NCBI GenBank assembly: GCA_942491175.1
Contig: CALNZO010000012.1
Coordinates: 57,521 to 121,520, forward strand
From: an uncultured bacterium
Lineage (GTDB): Bacteria > Cyanobacteriota > Cyanobacteriia > PCC-6307 > Cyanobiaceae
Direction: 5' to 3'
Length of the DNA stretch: 64,000 nt
In this document: positions 22,319-32,284 of the stretch, piece after piece
Layout of the letters: each line of letters starts with the position of its first letter
How positions within the stretch are numbered: the stretch's first letter is position 1
Translations under genes and position numbers: made by a program
The notes under the pieces: generated by a model
What the model saw: the letters and a program-made list of their open reading frames with translations, nothing else
Told to the model about the DNA's origin: nothing
Database searches by the model: none

Positions 22319-23578
22319 ATGAGCCGTTTCGTCTTCACCTCCGAATCGGTGACGGAAGGCCACCCCGACAAGATCTGCGATCAGGTCAGCGATGCCGTCC
22401 TTGACGCGCTGCTGGCCCAGGATCCCTCCAGCCGGGTGGCCTGTGAGACCGTGGTCAACACCGGACTCTGCCTGATCACGGGGGAAGTCACGACCACCGC
22501 CCGGGTCGACTTCAACACCCTGGTGCGGGGCGTGATCGAGCAGATCGGTTACAGCGGGGCAAGGGCCGGTGGCTTCGATGCCAGGAGCTGCGCCGTGCTC
22601 ATCGCCCTCGATCAGCAGTCCCCGGACATCGCCCAGGGCGTGGATGAGGCCGACGATCATGACGGAGACCCCCTGGACAAAATAGGCGCCGGTGATCAGG
22701 GGATCATGTTCGGCTTCGCCTGCGACGAGACCCCCGAGCTGATGCCCCTGCCGATCAGCCTGGCCCACCGCCTCGCCCTGCGGCTGGCCCAGGTGCGCCA
22801 CGACGGCAGCCTGGGCTACCTGCTCCCTGACGGCAAGACCCAGGTGAGTGTGGTGTATGAGGACGATCGCCCCGTGGCGATCGACACGATCCTGATCTCC
22901 ACCCAGCACACCGCCGAGGTGGAAGGAATCAGCGACGAGAAGGCGATGCAGGAGCGCATCAGGGAGGACCTCTGGGCCCACGTGGTGGTGCCCGCCACGG
23001 CAGATCTTCCCCTGAAACCGACCCGGGCCGACACCCGCTTCTACGTCAACCCCACCGGCAAGTTCGTCGTCGGCGGCCCCCAGGGCGATGCGGGCCTCAC
23101 CGGGCGCAAGATCATCGTCGACACCTACGGCGGCTACGCCCGTCATGGCGGCGGCGCCTTCTCCGGGAAGGACCCCACCAAGGTGGATCGCTCCGCCGCT
23201 TACGCCGCCCGTTATGTGGCCAAGGCCCTGGTGGCCGCCGGCCTGGCCCACAAGGCCGAAGTGCAGCTCAGCTACGCCATCGGCGTGGCCAGGCCCGTGA
23301 GCATCCTGGTGGAGAGCTTCGGCACCGGCGCCCTCAGCAACGCTGACCTCACCGCCCTGGTCCAGGAGCACTTCGACCTGCGCCCCGGCGCCATCATCGA
23401 AACCTTCGGCCTGCGGGAACTTCCGCAGCAGCGGGGCGGGCGCTTCTACCAGGACGTCGCCGCCTATGGCCACTTCGGTCGCAATGATCTGAACCTCCCC
23501 TGGGAGGACGTCACCGCCATCGCCGGCACCCTGAAGCAGGCCACGGCAAGTCGTGTCGGCGCTCTTTCTGGGGGTTGA
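22319..23578 (+). CDS. metK: S-adenosylmethionine synthase
   Basis: [41 protein letters not shown]. Confidence 0.99.
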   Translation: MSRFVFTSESVTEGHPDKICDQVSDAVLDALLAQDPSSRVACETVVNTGLCLITGEVTTTARVDFNTLVRGVIEQIGYSGARAGGFDARSCAVLIALDQQSPDIAQGVDEADDHDGDPLDKIGAGDQGIMFGFACDETPELMPLPISLAHRLALRLAQVRHDGSLGYLLPDGKTQVSVVYEDDRPVAIDTILISTQHTAEVEGISDEKAMQERIREDLWAHVVVPATADLPLKPTRADTRFYVNPTGKFVVGGPQGDAGLTGRKIIVDTYGGYARHGGGAFSGKDPTKVDRSAAYAARYVAKALVAAGLAHKAEVQLSYAIGVARPVSILVESFGTGALSNADLTALVQEHFDLRPGAIIETFGLRELPQQRGGRFYQDVAAYGHFGRNDLNLPWEDVTAIAGTLKQATASRVGALSGG

Positions 23579-24875
23579 TTTCGGCAGCAGCGGCCTCAGG
23601 CTGGCTCTCCTGGCCGAAGTCGCTGTGCCCGGCGGCCAGCCCGACGCCCCCTTTCTGATCCGGGAGGGCCCCTACGCAGGCCCATTCGACGATCCGGAGG
23701 CCTGGAGGGTCGGTCTGATTCGCCTGATGTCCGGCATTCCGCCGGACATCAGGGAGCGCGTGGGGGCCATGGCCATCGACGGCACCTCCGGCACCCTGCT
23801 GGCCTGCCGGCCCGATGGCAGCCTGCCGGAGGCCCCTCTGAAGAAGGCCCTGCCTTACCACCTGGCCTGTCCCGAACAGGCCGGGGCGGCTGCGGCGCTG
23901 CTGGAGCAGGCCCCCGGGGGGGGCTCCCATCCCGCCGCCAGCGCCAGCGGCAGCCTGGCCAGGGCCCTGCGGCTTCAGGCCATGGCCCGGGAGGCTGGGC
24001 TGGGGACGGATCTGCTGCTGAGGCATCAGGCCGACTGGCTGATGGGCTGGCTGCTGGACGACTGGCGCTGGGGCGAGGAGGGCAACAACCTGCGCCTGGG
24101 CTGGGAGCTGCGGGGGGGGCACTGGCTCGGGGCGGTCGCCACCGGACTCGGGCCGGAGACCCTGCCCCGGATCAGGCCCAGCGGCTGCGTTCTCGGCCAG
24201 CTCTGTCCGTCGGCGGCCGGCGCCCTGGGGCTGCCCCAGGCGTGCCAGGTGGTGGCGGGCAGCACCGATGCCAATGCCGCCGTGCTCGCCGCCGATCCGG
24301 CCGAAGGGGAAGGCATTGCTGTTCTGGGCACCACCCTGGTGCTGAAACAGTTCGTGCCGGAACCCCTCGCCGGTGCGGGCATCAGCAACCACCGGGTGGC
24401 CGGCCGCTGGCTGGCCGGGGGAGCCTCCAATGCCGGCGCAGGGATCCTGCGCCGCTTCTTCGACGACGAGCGGATCGCGGAGCTGAGCCGTCAGATCGAT
24501 CCGGACCGGCCCACGGGACTGGCACTGCGCCCCCTGAGCCGGCCCGGCGAACGCTTTCCGGTGGATGACCCGGCGCTGGAGCCGGTCCTGGGGCCGAGGC
24601 CCGTCAGCGATGCCCGTTATCTGCAGGCCCTGCTGGAGGGCCTCACCGCCATCGAAGCGGCGGGCTGGCACAAGCTGCGGGAGCTGGGAGCGCCGGCCCT
24701 GAAACGGGTGATCAGTGTCGGCGGGGGCTCCCGCAACAGCCAGTGGCGGGCCCTGCGCGCCCGCGCCCTGGGGATACCGGTGCTGAACCGACCGAAACGC
24801 ACGGCGGCCCTGGGCATGGCCCTGCTGGCCAGGGCCATGCCCAGGATGGGGACAGAATCACCGCTCCGGCCATGA
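23553..24875 (+). CDS. FGGY-family carbohydrate kinase
   Basis: [51 protein letters not shown]. Confidence 0.9.
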   Translation: MSALFLGVDFGSSGLRLALLAEVAVPGGQPDAPFLIREGPYAGPFDDPEAWRVGLIRLMSGIPPDIRERVGAMAIDGTSGTLLACRPDGSLPEAPLKKALPYHLACPEQAGAAAALLEQAPGGGSHPAASASGSLARALRLQAMAREAGLGTDLLLRHQADWLMGWLLDDWRWGEEGNNLRLGWELRGGHWLGAVATGLGPETLPRIRPSGCVLGQLCPSAAGALGLPQACQVVAGSTDANAAVLAADPAEGEGIAVLGTTLVLKQFVPEPLAGAGISNHRVAGRWLAGGASNAGAGILRRFFDDERIAELSRQIDPDRPTGLALRPLSRPGERFPVDDPALEPVLGPRPVSDARYLQALLEGLTAIEAAGWHKLRELGAPALKRVISVGGGSRNSQWRALRARALGIPVLNRPKRTAALGMALLARAMPRMGTESPLRP

Positions 24876-24991
24876 ACGACCGCATCCGCTCGATCCTCGC
24901 CATGGCGCTGTTCGTCGTGCTGGCCGGCTACGTGGGCTTCAGCGCTGTACGACTGGGCCTGCTGCTGTGGCAGCGGTTCGCCGGCGCCTGA
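24872..24991 (+). CDS. small membrane protein (39 aa)
   Basis: [39 protein letters not shown]; ATGA overlap with the kinase stop. Confidence 0.65.
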   Translation: MNDRIRSILAMALFVVLAGYVGFSAVRLGLLLWQRFAGA

Positions 24992-25021
24992 GCCCAGAAT
25001 CCTCCCAACCGACCTGACCCC

Positions 25022-25294
25022 ATGGCCGCCGACCCTCTCACCCCCGCCGTGAGCGATCGCATCTGCAAGCACATGAACGACGACCACGCCGAAGCGGTTC
25101 TGGCCTATGCCCGCCATTACGGCGGCCTCAGCCAGGCCCGTGAGGCCCGCATGCTCGCTGTGGGGCCCGCGTCCATGCGCCTGGAGGTGGATGGACGCGG
25201 GGTGGAGGTGCCCTTCGATCACACCCTCAGCGACAGCGAGGATGCCCACCGCACCCTGGTGGCCATGCTGCGGTCGCTTCCCGGGAAGGCTTGA
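25022..25294 (+). CDS. DUF2470 domain protein
   Basis: RICKHMNDDHAEAVLAYA...AHRTLVAM. Confidence 0.88.
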   Translation: MAADPLTPAVSDRICKHMNDDHAEAVLAYARHYGGLSQAREARMLAVGPASMRLEVDGRGVEVPFDHTLSDSEDAHRTLVAMLRSLPGKA

Positions 25295-26022
25295 GGCAGC
25301 GACTGCACCGCCCGTGGCGGTGCCCACCCCTGAGCAACCTTCTGACACGCCTGAGCCGGCGTCCCCTCGCCTGGATCGCGACCACCCCCTGCCCCCTCTG
25401 TCGCGAAGCCCTGCCTCCCGAGTGCCCCCCGGGAGTCCCCTGTTCCGACTGCCGCGACAGGCTGCCCCTGCCCGTCGGCGCCCTGCGGGGAAACGAGCCC
25501 CTGCTCTGGTGGGCGGCCGGGTCCTACGACGGGGAGCTCAGGAGGCTCCTGCTCGGCCTGCGCCGCCAACCGCGGGAGCGCTGCGTCAGCGCCCTGGTGC
25601 AGGTGCTGGCGGAAGGGCTGCCGCCCTGGCGACGTCGGCCCCTGCTGGTGCCGGTGCCGAGCTGGAAACGGCGCGGCAACCCCCTTCCCGGCCTGATCTG
25701 TCGCCAGCTCACTCGCCAGCACGGCTACTGCAGCGCCGACCTTCTGGAGCGATCGCGGCCCGTGCTCGGCCAGCATCACCTCAAGCGGGCCATGCGCCTG
25801 GCCAACCAGGAGGGCGCCTTCCGCTGCCGCCGCGGTCCCCGTCCAGGCGAAGCCCTGGGTCGGCCGATCCTGATCGTCGACGACATCCTCACCAGCGGTG
25901 CCACCGGCCGCAACGCCGAGCTGGCGATGAAGCCCCTCGGCTGGCAGGTGGTGGGGCTCCTCTGCCTGGCTCGTACACCTCTGGCTCGTACGCCCCACCC
26001 CCTGGGCCCCAGCAAGCGGTGA
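25291..26022 (+). CDS. comF: ComF family competence protein (PRTase fold)
   Basis: CPLC...CSDC zinc motif, LVPVPS, ILIVDDILTSGAT, C-terminal LART. Confidence 0.88.
   Translation: MRQRLHRPWRCPPLSNLLTRLSRRPLAWIATTPCPLCREALPPECPPGVPCSDCRDRLPLPVGALRGNEPLLWWAAGSYDGELRRLLLGLRRQPRERCVSALVQVLAEGLPPWRRRPLLVPVPSWKRRGNPLPGLICRQLTRQHGYCSADLLERSRPVLGQHHLKRAMRLANQEGAFRCRRGPRPGEALGRPILIVDDILTSGATGRNAELAMKPLGWQVVGLLCLARTPLARTPHPLGPSKR
25966..25995 (+). repeat. 15-bp in-frame tandem duplication in comF
   Basis: CTGGCTCGTACACCT followed by CTGGCTCGTACGCCC (LARTP-LARTP). Confidence 0.85.
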
Positions 26023-26052
26023 TCTAAGATCACGCCGTCACTTCGGTGACGG

Positions 26053-26125
26053 GCCGGGATAGCTCAGTTGGTAGAGCAGGCGACTGAAAATCGCCGTGTC
26101 CCCAGTTCAAATCTGGGTCCTGGCA
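26053..26125 (+). tRNA. tRNA-Phe(GAA)
   Basis: GCCGGGATAGCTCAGTTGGTAGAGCAGGCGACTGAAAATCGCC...AGTTCAAATCTGGGTCCTGGCA. Confidence 0.98.
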
Positions 26126-26156
26126 TTGCGTGCGGTCTGCCCTGCAGGCCTCCACC

Positions 26157-26390
26157 ATGTCCCTTCCGCCACCCAACTCCAGCCAGGTCTTCAACAACGC
26201 CGACAGCTTCGCCCAGGCGTTCGATGAAGCCTGGCAGGCCCACAGCCATCAGGAGCCCTTCCACGGCCTGTCGGCCTCCGACAAGCTCGAGACCATCCTG
26301 GTCAGGGTGGCGAACCATCCCTTCGCCCAGGCCGACCCGGTCATGGCGAGGCAGGTGGGAGCCTTCAGGATCCGCCTGCTCGACCTCTAG
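26157..26390 (+). CDS. conserved hypothetical protein at start of phycobilisome rod region
   Basis: 77-aa ORF with host-like codon usage (FNNADSFAQAFDEAW...FRIRLL) between tRNA-Phe and cpcT. Confidence 0.75.
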   Translation: MSLPPPNSSQVFNNADSFAQAFDEAWQAHSHQEPFHGLSASDKLETILVRVANHPFAQADPVMARQVGAFRIRLLDL

Positions 26391-26399
26391 CCTGCGCCC

Positions 26400-26993
26400 A
26401 TGAGCAGCTCCCTGGCCCGCCTGATTCGGATGCTGAGCGCCGGCTTCAGCAACCAGACCCAGGCCTTCGACAACCCTCCCCTCTACGCCCACATCCTGGT
26501 GAAGTTCCGGCCGTTGCCCCAGCTGGCGCCGGGCTCCCTGCTGCTGGAGCAGACCTATGCCATCACCCCCGGAGTGCCCTACCGGATCCGTGTCCTGCGG
26601 GCCGAACGGCGCGACGGGGAGCTGATCATCCACAACCAGGCGCTCCACGAGGAGCAGCGCTTCTGGGGCGCTGTCGAGGATGGGGAGCGCCGCCGCCTGA
26701 TCGACACCGCAGACCTGCGCCCTCTGGAGGGCTGCACCTACGTGGTGAAGGAGTCGGGTGAGGGGTTCATCGGCGAGGTGGAACCCGGTTGCCGCTGCCT
26801 GGTGGAGCGCAAGGGCAGCATCGCCTATCTGGTGAGCCGCTTCGAAATCGACGCCCGAGGCATGCGCACCATTGACCGAGGCCATGACCCGGAGAGCCAC
26901 GAGCAGCTGTGGGGATCCCTGGCCGGCCCGTTCGAATTCGAGCGCACCCACGACTACGGCGAAGAGATCCCCGCCTCCTGGCTGGAGGCCTGA
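26400..26993 (+). CDS. cpcT: CpcT/CpeT-family bilin lyase
   Basis: FSNQTQAFDNPPLYAHI, PYRIRV, VEPGCRCLVER, DRGHDP, WGSLAGPFEF. Confidence 0.93.
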   Translation: MSSSLARLIRMLSAGFSNQTQAFDNPPLYAHILVKFRPLPQLAPGSLLLEQTYAITPGVPYRIRVLRAERRDGELIIHNQALHEEQRFWGAVEDGERRRLIDTADLRPLEGCTYVVKESGEGFIGEVEPGCRCLVERKGSIAYLVSRFEIDARGMRTIDRGHDPESHEQLWGSLAGPFEFERTHDYGEEIPASWLEA

Positions 26994-27047
26994 AGAGAGC
27001 CGCCGTACTTCAGCAACGCCCGCCGCCGCCCGTCCGGCGACGCCGGC

Positions 27048-27467
27048 TCATGCGATCAGCTCGTCCATGAAGGGCTGCTCCCCCTCGTCGATGAAGGGAT
27101 CGGTTTCTTGAGGGTCAGGGGTAAACCCGCGGGAGGTCTGGCGGGGGGTCGGCAGCTCCTGCTGCAGGGCAGGAGGCTGGACGGCCTGCAAATGGCGCCC
27201 GCCCTGGGGATCGAGGCCCTGAAGAGCTGCTTCGATCCTGGCAAGGCGCTCTTCGGTGTCACCCAGACGCTGCTCCATGACATCCCCATGGACCGCCTCC
27301 TGAGCAGCCACCTCCTCCAGGCGTTCTCCGATCTTGCGTTCCTGGTCTCCCAGCCGTTCCTCGAGTTCCAGCAGGCGGTAGGTGAGCGATTCGGTCACCT
27401 GGGAAAGCACCTGCAGCTGGTCGGCCAGCCGCAGGGAGGCATCTGCGGATTGGGGCACAGGAGCCAT
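27048..27467 (-). CDS. hypothetical coiled-coil protein of the phycobilisome region
   Basis: QLQVLSQVTESLTYRLLELEERL heptads and acidic C-terminus (GEQPFMDELIA). Confidence 0.75.
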   Translation of the reverse strand: MAPVPQSADASLRLADQLQVLSQVTESLTYRLLELEERLGDQERKIGERLEEVAAQEAVHGDVMEQRLGDTEERLARIEAALQGLDPQGGRHLQAVQPPALQQELPTPRQTSRGFTPDPQETDPFIDEGEQPFMDELIA

Positions 27468-27550
27468 GACAGCAGTAGGAATCTGGCCGGATGGTATCGG
27501 TGTGGCGACGGACCGCCAGGGGTGGGCACCGCGACGAAGCCGCGGGGCTT

Positions 27551-27600
27551 TGTAACGATTCTGAAAACCCTGTCGTGGCGAGCGGACAGGCCCATAGGAT
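27551..27600 (+). promoter_or_regulatory. putative promoter of first cpcC with HLR1-like element
   Basis: TGTAACGAT at 27551 and CCCATAGGAT (-10 TAGGAT at 27595); the same arrangement recurs before the second cpcC. Confidence 0.5.
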
Positions 27601-27741
27601 CCGCCTTGCAGCCCATGATCGGGACGTTTCCTGCAGCCGTCCTCCCCGGCGCCTGCCTATCTCCAGTGGCCATCCAACACGGCTCCGCCACGGCTCGGCC
27701 CCTGTATCTCCCCCCCTTTCTCCCTCCGGCCCCCCACGCTC

Positions 27742-28587
27742 ATGACACTTGCCAACGCTGCCTATCTGGGCATCGAGCGTTTCGCCAACGAACGCAACCA
27801 AGAAAACTGGACGAACGCCACCGAAAACGACAAAACCGCCCTGATCCGCGCTGTCTACAAGCAGGTGCTGGGCAACCAGTACGTCATGGCCAGCGAGCGG
27901 CTCGAGGGGCCCGAGTCCCTCTTCAAGCGGGGGTACCTCAGCGTTCGGGAGTTCGTCCGTCAGGTCGCCAAGAGTGGCCTCTACAAGGGCAAGTTCTTCG
28001 AGAACTGCAATCCCTACCGCTTCATCGAGCTGAACTTCAAGCATCTGCTGGGCCGGGCTCCCCAGAACAAGGCCGAGATGCTGCACCACTTCACGATCCT
28101 GCAGGAGCAGGGCTACGACGCCGAGATCGATTCCTACATCGACAGCGCCGAGTATCAGACCCGCTTCGGCGAAGAGGTGGTTCCCTTCCTGCACGGCTGG
28201 AGCTACTCCTCCGGCCAGCAGGGCCTGCAGTTCTCCTACATGCTCCAGCTCACCCGGGGTGTCGGGGCCTCCGTGCGGGGCGACATCCTCAAGAACCAGT
28301 CGCGCCTCAACCCCTCCGTGCATTCGGAAGCTCCGATGCCGGTGGTCAGCCCCAACGCCAGGGGCAGCACCTTCCGCAAGGTGACCACCGACGGCGTCAC
28401 CCGGCAGGGTGTGGGCGCCGGTGAGGAGGGCCGGACCTTCCGGGTGGAGATCTCCGGTTTCAACAACTACCGCCTGCACAAGCGCAGCAACCGGGTGCGC
28501 TTCATCCCCTATAACAAACTGCTCCAAACCCAGCAGCAGATCTATAGGGAAGGCGGTCGTATCGCCAGCATCACCCCGGTCAACTGA
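27742..28587 (+). CDS. cpcC: phycocyanin rod linker polypeptide, copy 1
   Basis: IRAVYKQVLGN, SVREFVRQVAKS, IELNFKHLLGRAP, IDSYIDSAEY and C-terminal CpcD-like GGRIASITPV. Confidence 0.93.
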   Translation: MTLANAAYLGIERFANERNQENWTNATENDKTALIRAVYKQVLGNQYVMASERLEGPESLFKRGYLSVREFVRQVAKSGLYKGKFFENCNPYRFIELNFKHLLGRAPQNKAEMLHHFTILQEQGYDAEIDSYIDSAEYQTRFGEEVVPFLHGWSYSSGQQGLQFSYMLQLTRGVGASVRGDILKNQSRLNPSVHSEAPMPVVSPNARGSTFRKVTTDGVTRQGVGAGEEGRTFRVEISGFNNYRLHKRSNRVRFIPYNKLLQTQQQIYREGGRIASITPVN

Positions 28588-28627
28588 CCCGCCCCATCGC
28601 CAGGTCCAACCCCACCCCCCCTAAACC

Positions 28628-28885
28628 ATGAAGGTTTCTGCAGGCACCAGAGGCACAGGCCTCAACAGCGCACGCCAGGTGGTTCTCACCGTCACCGGCA
28701 TGAATAACAACGACTATTCCCGCACTGCGGACATGGTCATGAACGTGCCGTTCACCCGCATGAACGAGACCATGCGGTTGATCAACGGCATGGGCGGCAA
28801 GATCACCGGCGTTTCGGTGAGCGGAGGCGCCACCGACTCTCCCGCCCCGGCTCCCCGCAAAGCCAAGGGCAAGGCCAAGGACTGA
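28628..28885 (+). CDS. cpcD: rod-capping linker
   Basis: VPFTRMNETMRLINGMGGKITGV CpcD domain; 85 aa. Confidence 0.9.
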   Translation: MKVSAGTRGTGLNSARQVVLTVTGMNNNDYSRTADMVMNVPFTRMNETMRLINGMGGKITGVSVSGGATDSPAPAPRKAKGKAKD

Positions 28886-28927
28886 GGCGGACTCCCGCCC
28901 TTTCTCCATCGGTGCCGAGGCACCCCC

Positions 28928-28948
28928 GGCCCCGAAAGGGGCCTTTTT
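28928..28948 (+). terminator. intrinsic terminator after cpcD
   Basis: GGCCCC-GAAA-GGGGCC-TTTTT. Confidence 0.85.
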
Positions 28949-29217
28949 CATGGCCTGCAACAGCCGGCAGGCGTGGAAGCAGACCGGCTGCGGGACAGGG
29001 GATTGCACAGGGAATGACCATTTGTTAAGGCACTCCCATCCAGCAGAGCCCAGGCACAACAATGGACAGGTCTTTCGGAAAGCGCCGGTTTCCAGCCCGG
29101 TTACACCCGAGCGGCACGAGACGGACGACGATCGCTCCGCCCACACGGGGCCCGTCAGAACCCTCACCCTCTTATCCACCCACTCCCGACTTCGACGTCG
29201 AGAACAGGAGCTCTTCA

Positions 29218-29736
29218 ATGTTCGACGCCTTCACCAAGGTCGTTGCTCAGGCTGATGCCCGCGGCGAATTCCTCAACTCCGGTCAGATCGATGCCCTTTC
29301 GGGCGTCGTTGCCGACAGCCTCAAGCGGATGGACACCGTCAACCGCATCACCTCCAACGCCTCCAAGATCGTCACCAACGCCGCCCGCGATCTCTTCGAT
29401 CAGCAGCCGGCCCTGATCGCCCCCGGCGGCAACGCCTACACCCATCGCCGCATGGCCGCCTGCCTGCGCGACATGGAGATCGTGCTCCGCTACATCACCT
29501 ACGCGATCTTCACCGGTGACGCCTCCGTCCTCGAGGATCGCTGCCTCAACGGCCTGCGCGAGACCTACCTGGCCCTCGGCGTCCCCGGCGCTTCGGTGGC
29601 CGAAGGCATCCGCAAGATGAAGGATTCCGCCATCGCCATCGCCAACGATCGCAACGGCATCACCCAGGGGGACTGCTCCGCCCTGATGTCCGAAGTGGGC
29701 ACCTACTTCGATCGCGCCGCCGCCGCCGTCGCCTGA
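29218..29736 (+). CDS. cpcB: C-phycocyanin beta subunit, copy 1
   Basis: [39 protein letters not shown]; 172 aa; AGGAG RBS. Confidence 0.98.
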   Translation: MFDAFTKVVAQADARGEFLNSGQIDALSGVVADSLKRMDTVNRITSNASKIVTNAARDLFDQQPALIAPGGNAYTHRRMAACLRDMEIVLRYITYAIFTGDASVLEDRCLNGLRETYLALGVPGASVAEGIRKMKDSAIAIANDRNGITQGDCSALMSEVGTYFDRAAAAVA

Positions 29737-29781
29737 TCCCAGGCCCCTTTCGGTTCACCTCACATCCTTCCTTCCTTCCCA

Positions 29782-30270
29782 ATGAAGACTCCCCTCACCG
29801 AGGCCGTCGCAGCCGCTGATTCCCAGGGCCGCTTCCTCAGCAACACCGAGCTCAACGCCGCCTTCGGCCGCTTCGAGCGCGCCAAGAACGCCCTCGAGGC
29901 CGCCAAGGCCCTCACCGCCAAGGCCGACGAGCTGGTCAACGGCGCTGCCCAGGCCGTGTACAACAAGTACCCCTACACCACCCAGCAGCAGGGCAGCAAC
30001 TTCGCCTCCGACGCCCGCGGCAAGGCCAAGTGCGCCCGTGACATCGGTTACTACCTCCGTCACATCACCTACTCCCTGGTCGCCGGCGGCACCGGCCCCC
30101 TCGATGAGTACCTGATCGCCGGTCTCGACGAGATCAACCGCGCCTTCGAACTGTCCCCCTCCTGGTACGTCGAGGCTCTCACCTACATCAAGAACAACCA
30201 CGGCGTCTCCGGCGACCCCGGTGTCATCGCCAACAACTACATCGACTACGCCATCAACGCCCTCGTCTGA
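29782..30270 (+). CDS. cpcA: C-phycocyanin alpha subunit, copy 1
   Basis: [39 protein letters not shown]; 162 aa. Confidence 0.98.
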   Translation: MKTPLTEAVAAADSQGRFLSNTELNAAFGRFERAKNALEAAKALTAKADELVNGAAQAVYNKYPYTTQQQGSNFASDARGKAKCARDIGYYLRHITYSLVAGGTGPLDEYLIAGLDEINRAFELSPSWYVEALTYIKNNHGVSGDPGVIANNYIDYAINALV

Positions 30271-30293
30271 GTCGCGCCGGTTCGTCGTTGCCC

Positions 30294-30321
30294 GGGGCCC
30301 CGCATGGGGCCCCTTTTTTTT
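30294..30321 (+). terminator. intrinsic terminator after cpcA copy 1
   Basis: GGGGCCCC-GCAT-GGGGCCCC followed by T8. Confidence 0.88.
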
Positions 30322-30488
30322 GGGCTCCCCTTTTCCACCGCTTGAGTGGCGCCGCAAGGCCTGGCAGTGGCGAACCCTTGAGGGCTGTAACGATCGGCAA
30401 GAATCGATGGTGTGAATGCGCACACAACCCATAGCATCAGACGGGTGCACGGTACGCGTGCAGCCCTCTCCCTTCTGGCTCGCCCTCC

Positions 30489-31340
30489 ATGACACTCGTC
30501 AACGCGCCCTATCTGGGCATTGAGCGGTTTGCGAATGACCGCAACAAGGAAAACTGGTCGAACGCCTCCGATCAGGACAAGAGCACCATCATCCGCACCG
30601 TGTACCAGCAGGTGCTCGGCCGGCAGTACGTGATGGAGAGCGAGCGGCTCGAAGGCGCGGAATCCCTCTTCCGCAACGGCTATCTCAGCGTGCGGGAGCT
30701 GGTGCGCATGGTGGCCAAGAGCGGTCTTTACCGGGAGAAGTTCTTCGAGAACTGCAATCCTTATCACTTCATCGAGCTGAACTTCAAACATCTCCTGGGC
30801 CGGGCTCCCCAGAACAAGGCGGAGATGCTTCACCACTTCACCATCCTCCAGGACGAGGGCTACGACGCCGAGATCGATTCCTACATCGACAGCGCCGAAT
30901 ATCAGGAACGCTTCGGTGAAGAAGTGGTTCCTTATCTCACCGGCTGGGATTATTCCGCCGGCCAGCAGGGGCGTCAGTTCTCCTGGCTGATGCAACTGGC
31001 CCGTGGCGCCGCCGCCTCCGTGAAGGGCGACATCGCCGGCACCAGCTTCCGCCTCGGCAAGGCCCTCCACCAGGACCGGGCCGTGCCGGTGGTCAGCCCG
31101 AACGCGAAGGGTTCGGCCTTCCAGCCGAGCCAGGTGGCCAATGAATCCATTACCAAGATGGCCAAGGGCATCGGCCAGAAGGCAAAGGTCTACCGCGTCG
31201 AAGTGACCGGCCTCACCAACTACCGGCTTCACAAACGGAGCAACGTGGTGCGTTTCGTCCCCTTCAACAAACTGCTGGAGACTCAGCAGATGATCCACCG
31301 CCAGGGCGGCCGCGTGGCCAGCGTGAGCCCCGTCAACTGA
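30489..31340 (+). CDS. cpcC: phycocyanin rod linker polypeptide, copy 2
   Basis: Clear paralogue of 27742-28587 with the same linker motifs and a diverged middle region. Confidence 0.93.
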   Translation: MTLVNAPYLGIERFANDRNKENWSNASDQDKSTIIRTVYQQVLGRQYVMESERLEGAESLFRNGYLSVRELVRMVAKSGLYREKFFENCNPYHFIELNFKHLLGRAPQNKAEMLHHFTILQDEGYDAEIDSYIDSAEYQERFGEEVVPYLTGWDYSAGQQGRQFSWLMQLARGAAASVKGDIAGTSFRLGKALHQDRAVPVVSPNAKGSAFQPSQVANESITKMAKGIGQKAKVYRVEVTGLTNYRLHKRSNVVRFVPFNKLLETQQMIHRQGGRVASVSPVN

Positions 31341-31389
31341 CCCAGGCCCGTGCCCGCTGGGGCGGCCACCCGATGCATCGGAGAGTTCC

Positions 31390-31418
31390 AGGCCCGCCGG
31401 CATGCCGGCGGGCCTTTT
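31390..31418 (+). terminator. terminator after second cpcC
   Basis: Perfect 26-bp palindrome AGGCCCGCCGGCATGCCGGCGGGCCT followed by TTT. Confidence 0.75.
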
Positions 31419-31720
31419 CCTGTTGCTCCGTCGCAGCTTTCCAAAGAGGTCGGCAGCGCTCGGCCCGAAGTATTCCTGCCATTGATGTTCATCAAGGCAC
31501 ACAGGACTTGGTCCTCAAGCCAGCTTCGCCACGGGACGGCTGGGCCTGGGGGACGTCTGATGACCCTTTGTGAAGTTGACGGATACCGGGCCAATTCTTT
31601 TGGACAATGACTCGGTGCCTCGCACGAGAGAACGTCCTCGGCGTTCTCCTTCCCTTACCCACCCAATCCCGGCTTCGAAGCCCCCCCATTTCGAACGCCG
31701 AGAATCAGGAGCTAAATTCA

Positions 31721-32239
31721 ATGTTCGACGCCTTCACCAAAGTCATTGCTCAGGCTGATGCCCGCGGAGAATTCCTCAACTCCGGTCAGATCGATGCCCT
31801 TTCGGGCGTCGTCACCGACAGCCTCAAGCGGATGGACACCGTCAACCGCATCACCTCCAACGCCTCCAAGATCGTCACCAACGCCGCCCGCGATCTCTTC
31901 GATCAGCAGCCGGCCCTGATCGCCCCCGGCGGCAACGCCTACACCCATCGCCGCATGGCCGCCTGCCTGCGCGACATGGAGATCGTGCTCCGCTACATCA
32001 CCTACGCGATCTTCACCGGTGATGCCTCCGTCCTCGAGGATCGCTGCCTCAACGGCCTGCGCGAGACCTACCTGGCCCTCGGCGTCCCCGGCGCTTCGGT
32101 GGCCGAAGGCATCCGCAAGATGAAGGATTCCGCCATCGCCATCGCCAACGATCGCAACGGCATCACCCAGGGGGACTGCTCCGCCCTGATGTCCGAAGTG
32201 GGCACCTACTTCGATCGCGCCGCCGCCGCCGTCGCCTGA
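31721..32239 (+). CDS. cpcB: C-phycocyanin beta subunit, copy 2
   Basis: Same as copy 1 except VVA to VIA and VAD to VTD near the N-terminus. Confidence 0.98.
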   Translation: MFDAFTKVIAQADARGEFLNSGQIDALSGVVTDSLKRMDTVNRITSNASKIVTNAARDLFDQQPALIAPGGNAYTHRRMAACLRDMEIVLRYITYAIFTGDASVLEDRCLNGLRETYLALGVPGASVAEGIRKMKDSAIAIANDRNGITQGDCSALMSEVGTYFDRAAAAVA

Positions 32240-32284
32240 TCCCAGGCCTCTTTCGGTTCACCTCACATCCTTCCTTCCTTCCCA

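Larger units (their letters stand above)
29218..30323 (+). repeat. about 1.1-kb near-identical direct repeat (cpcBA plus terminator), copy 1
   Basis: Matches 31721-32825 apart from a few substitutions and one C in the terminator. Confidence 0.95.
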
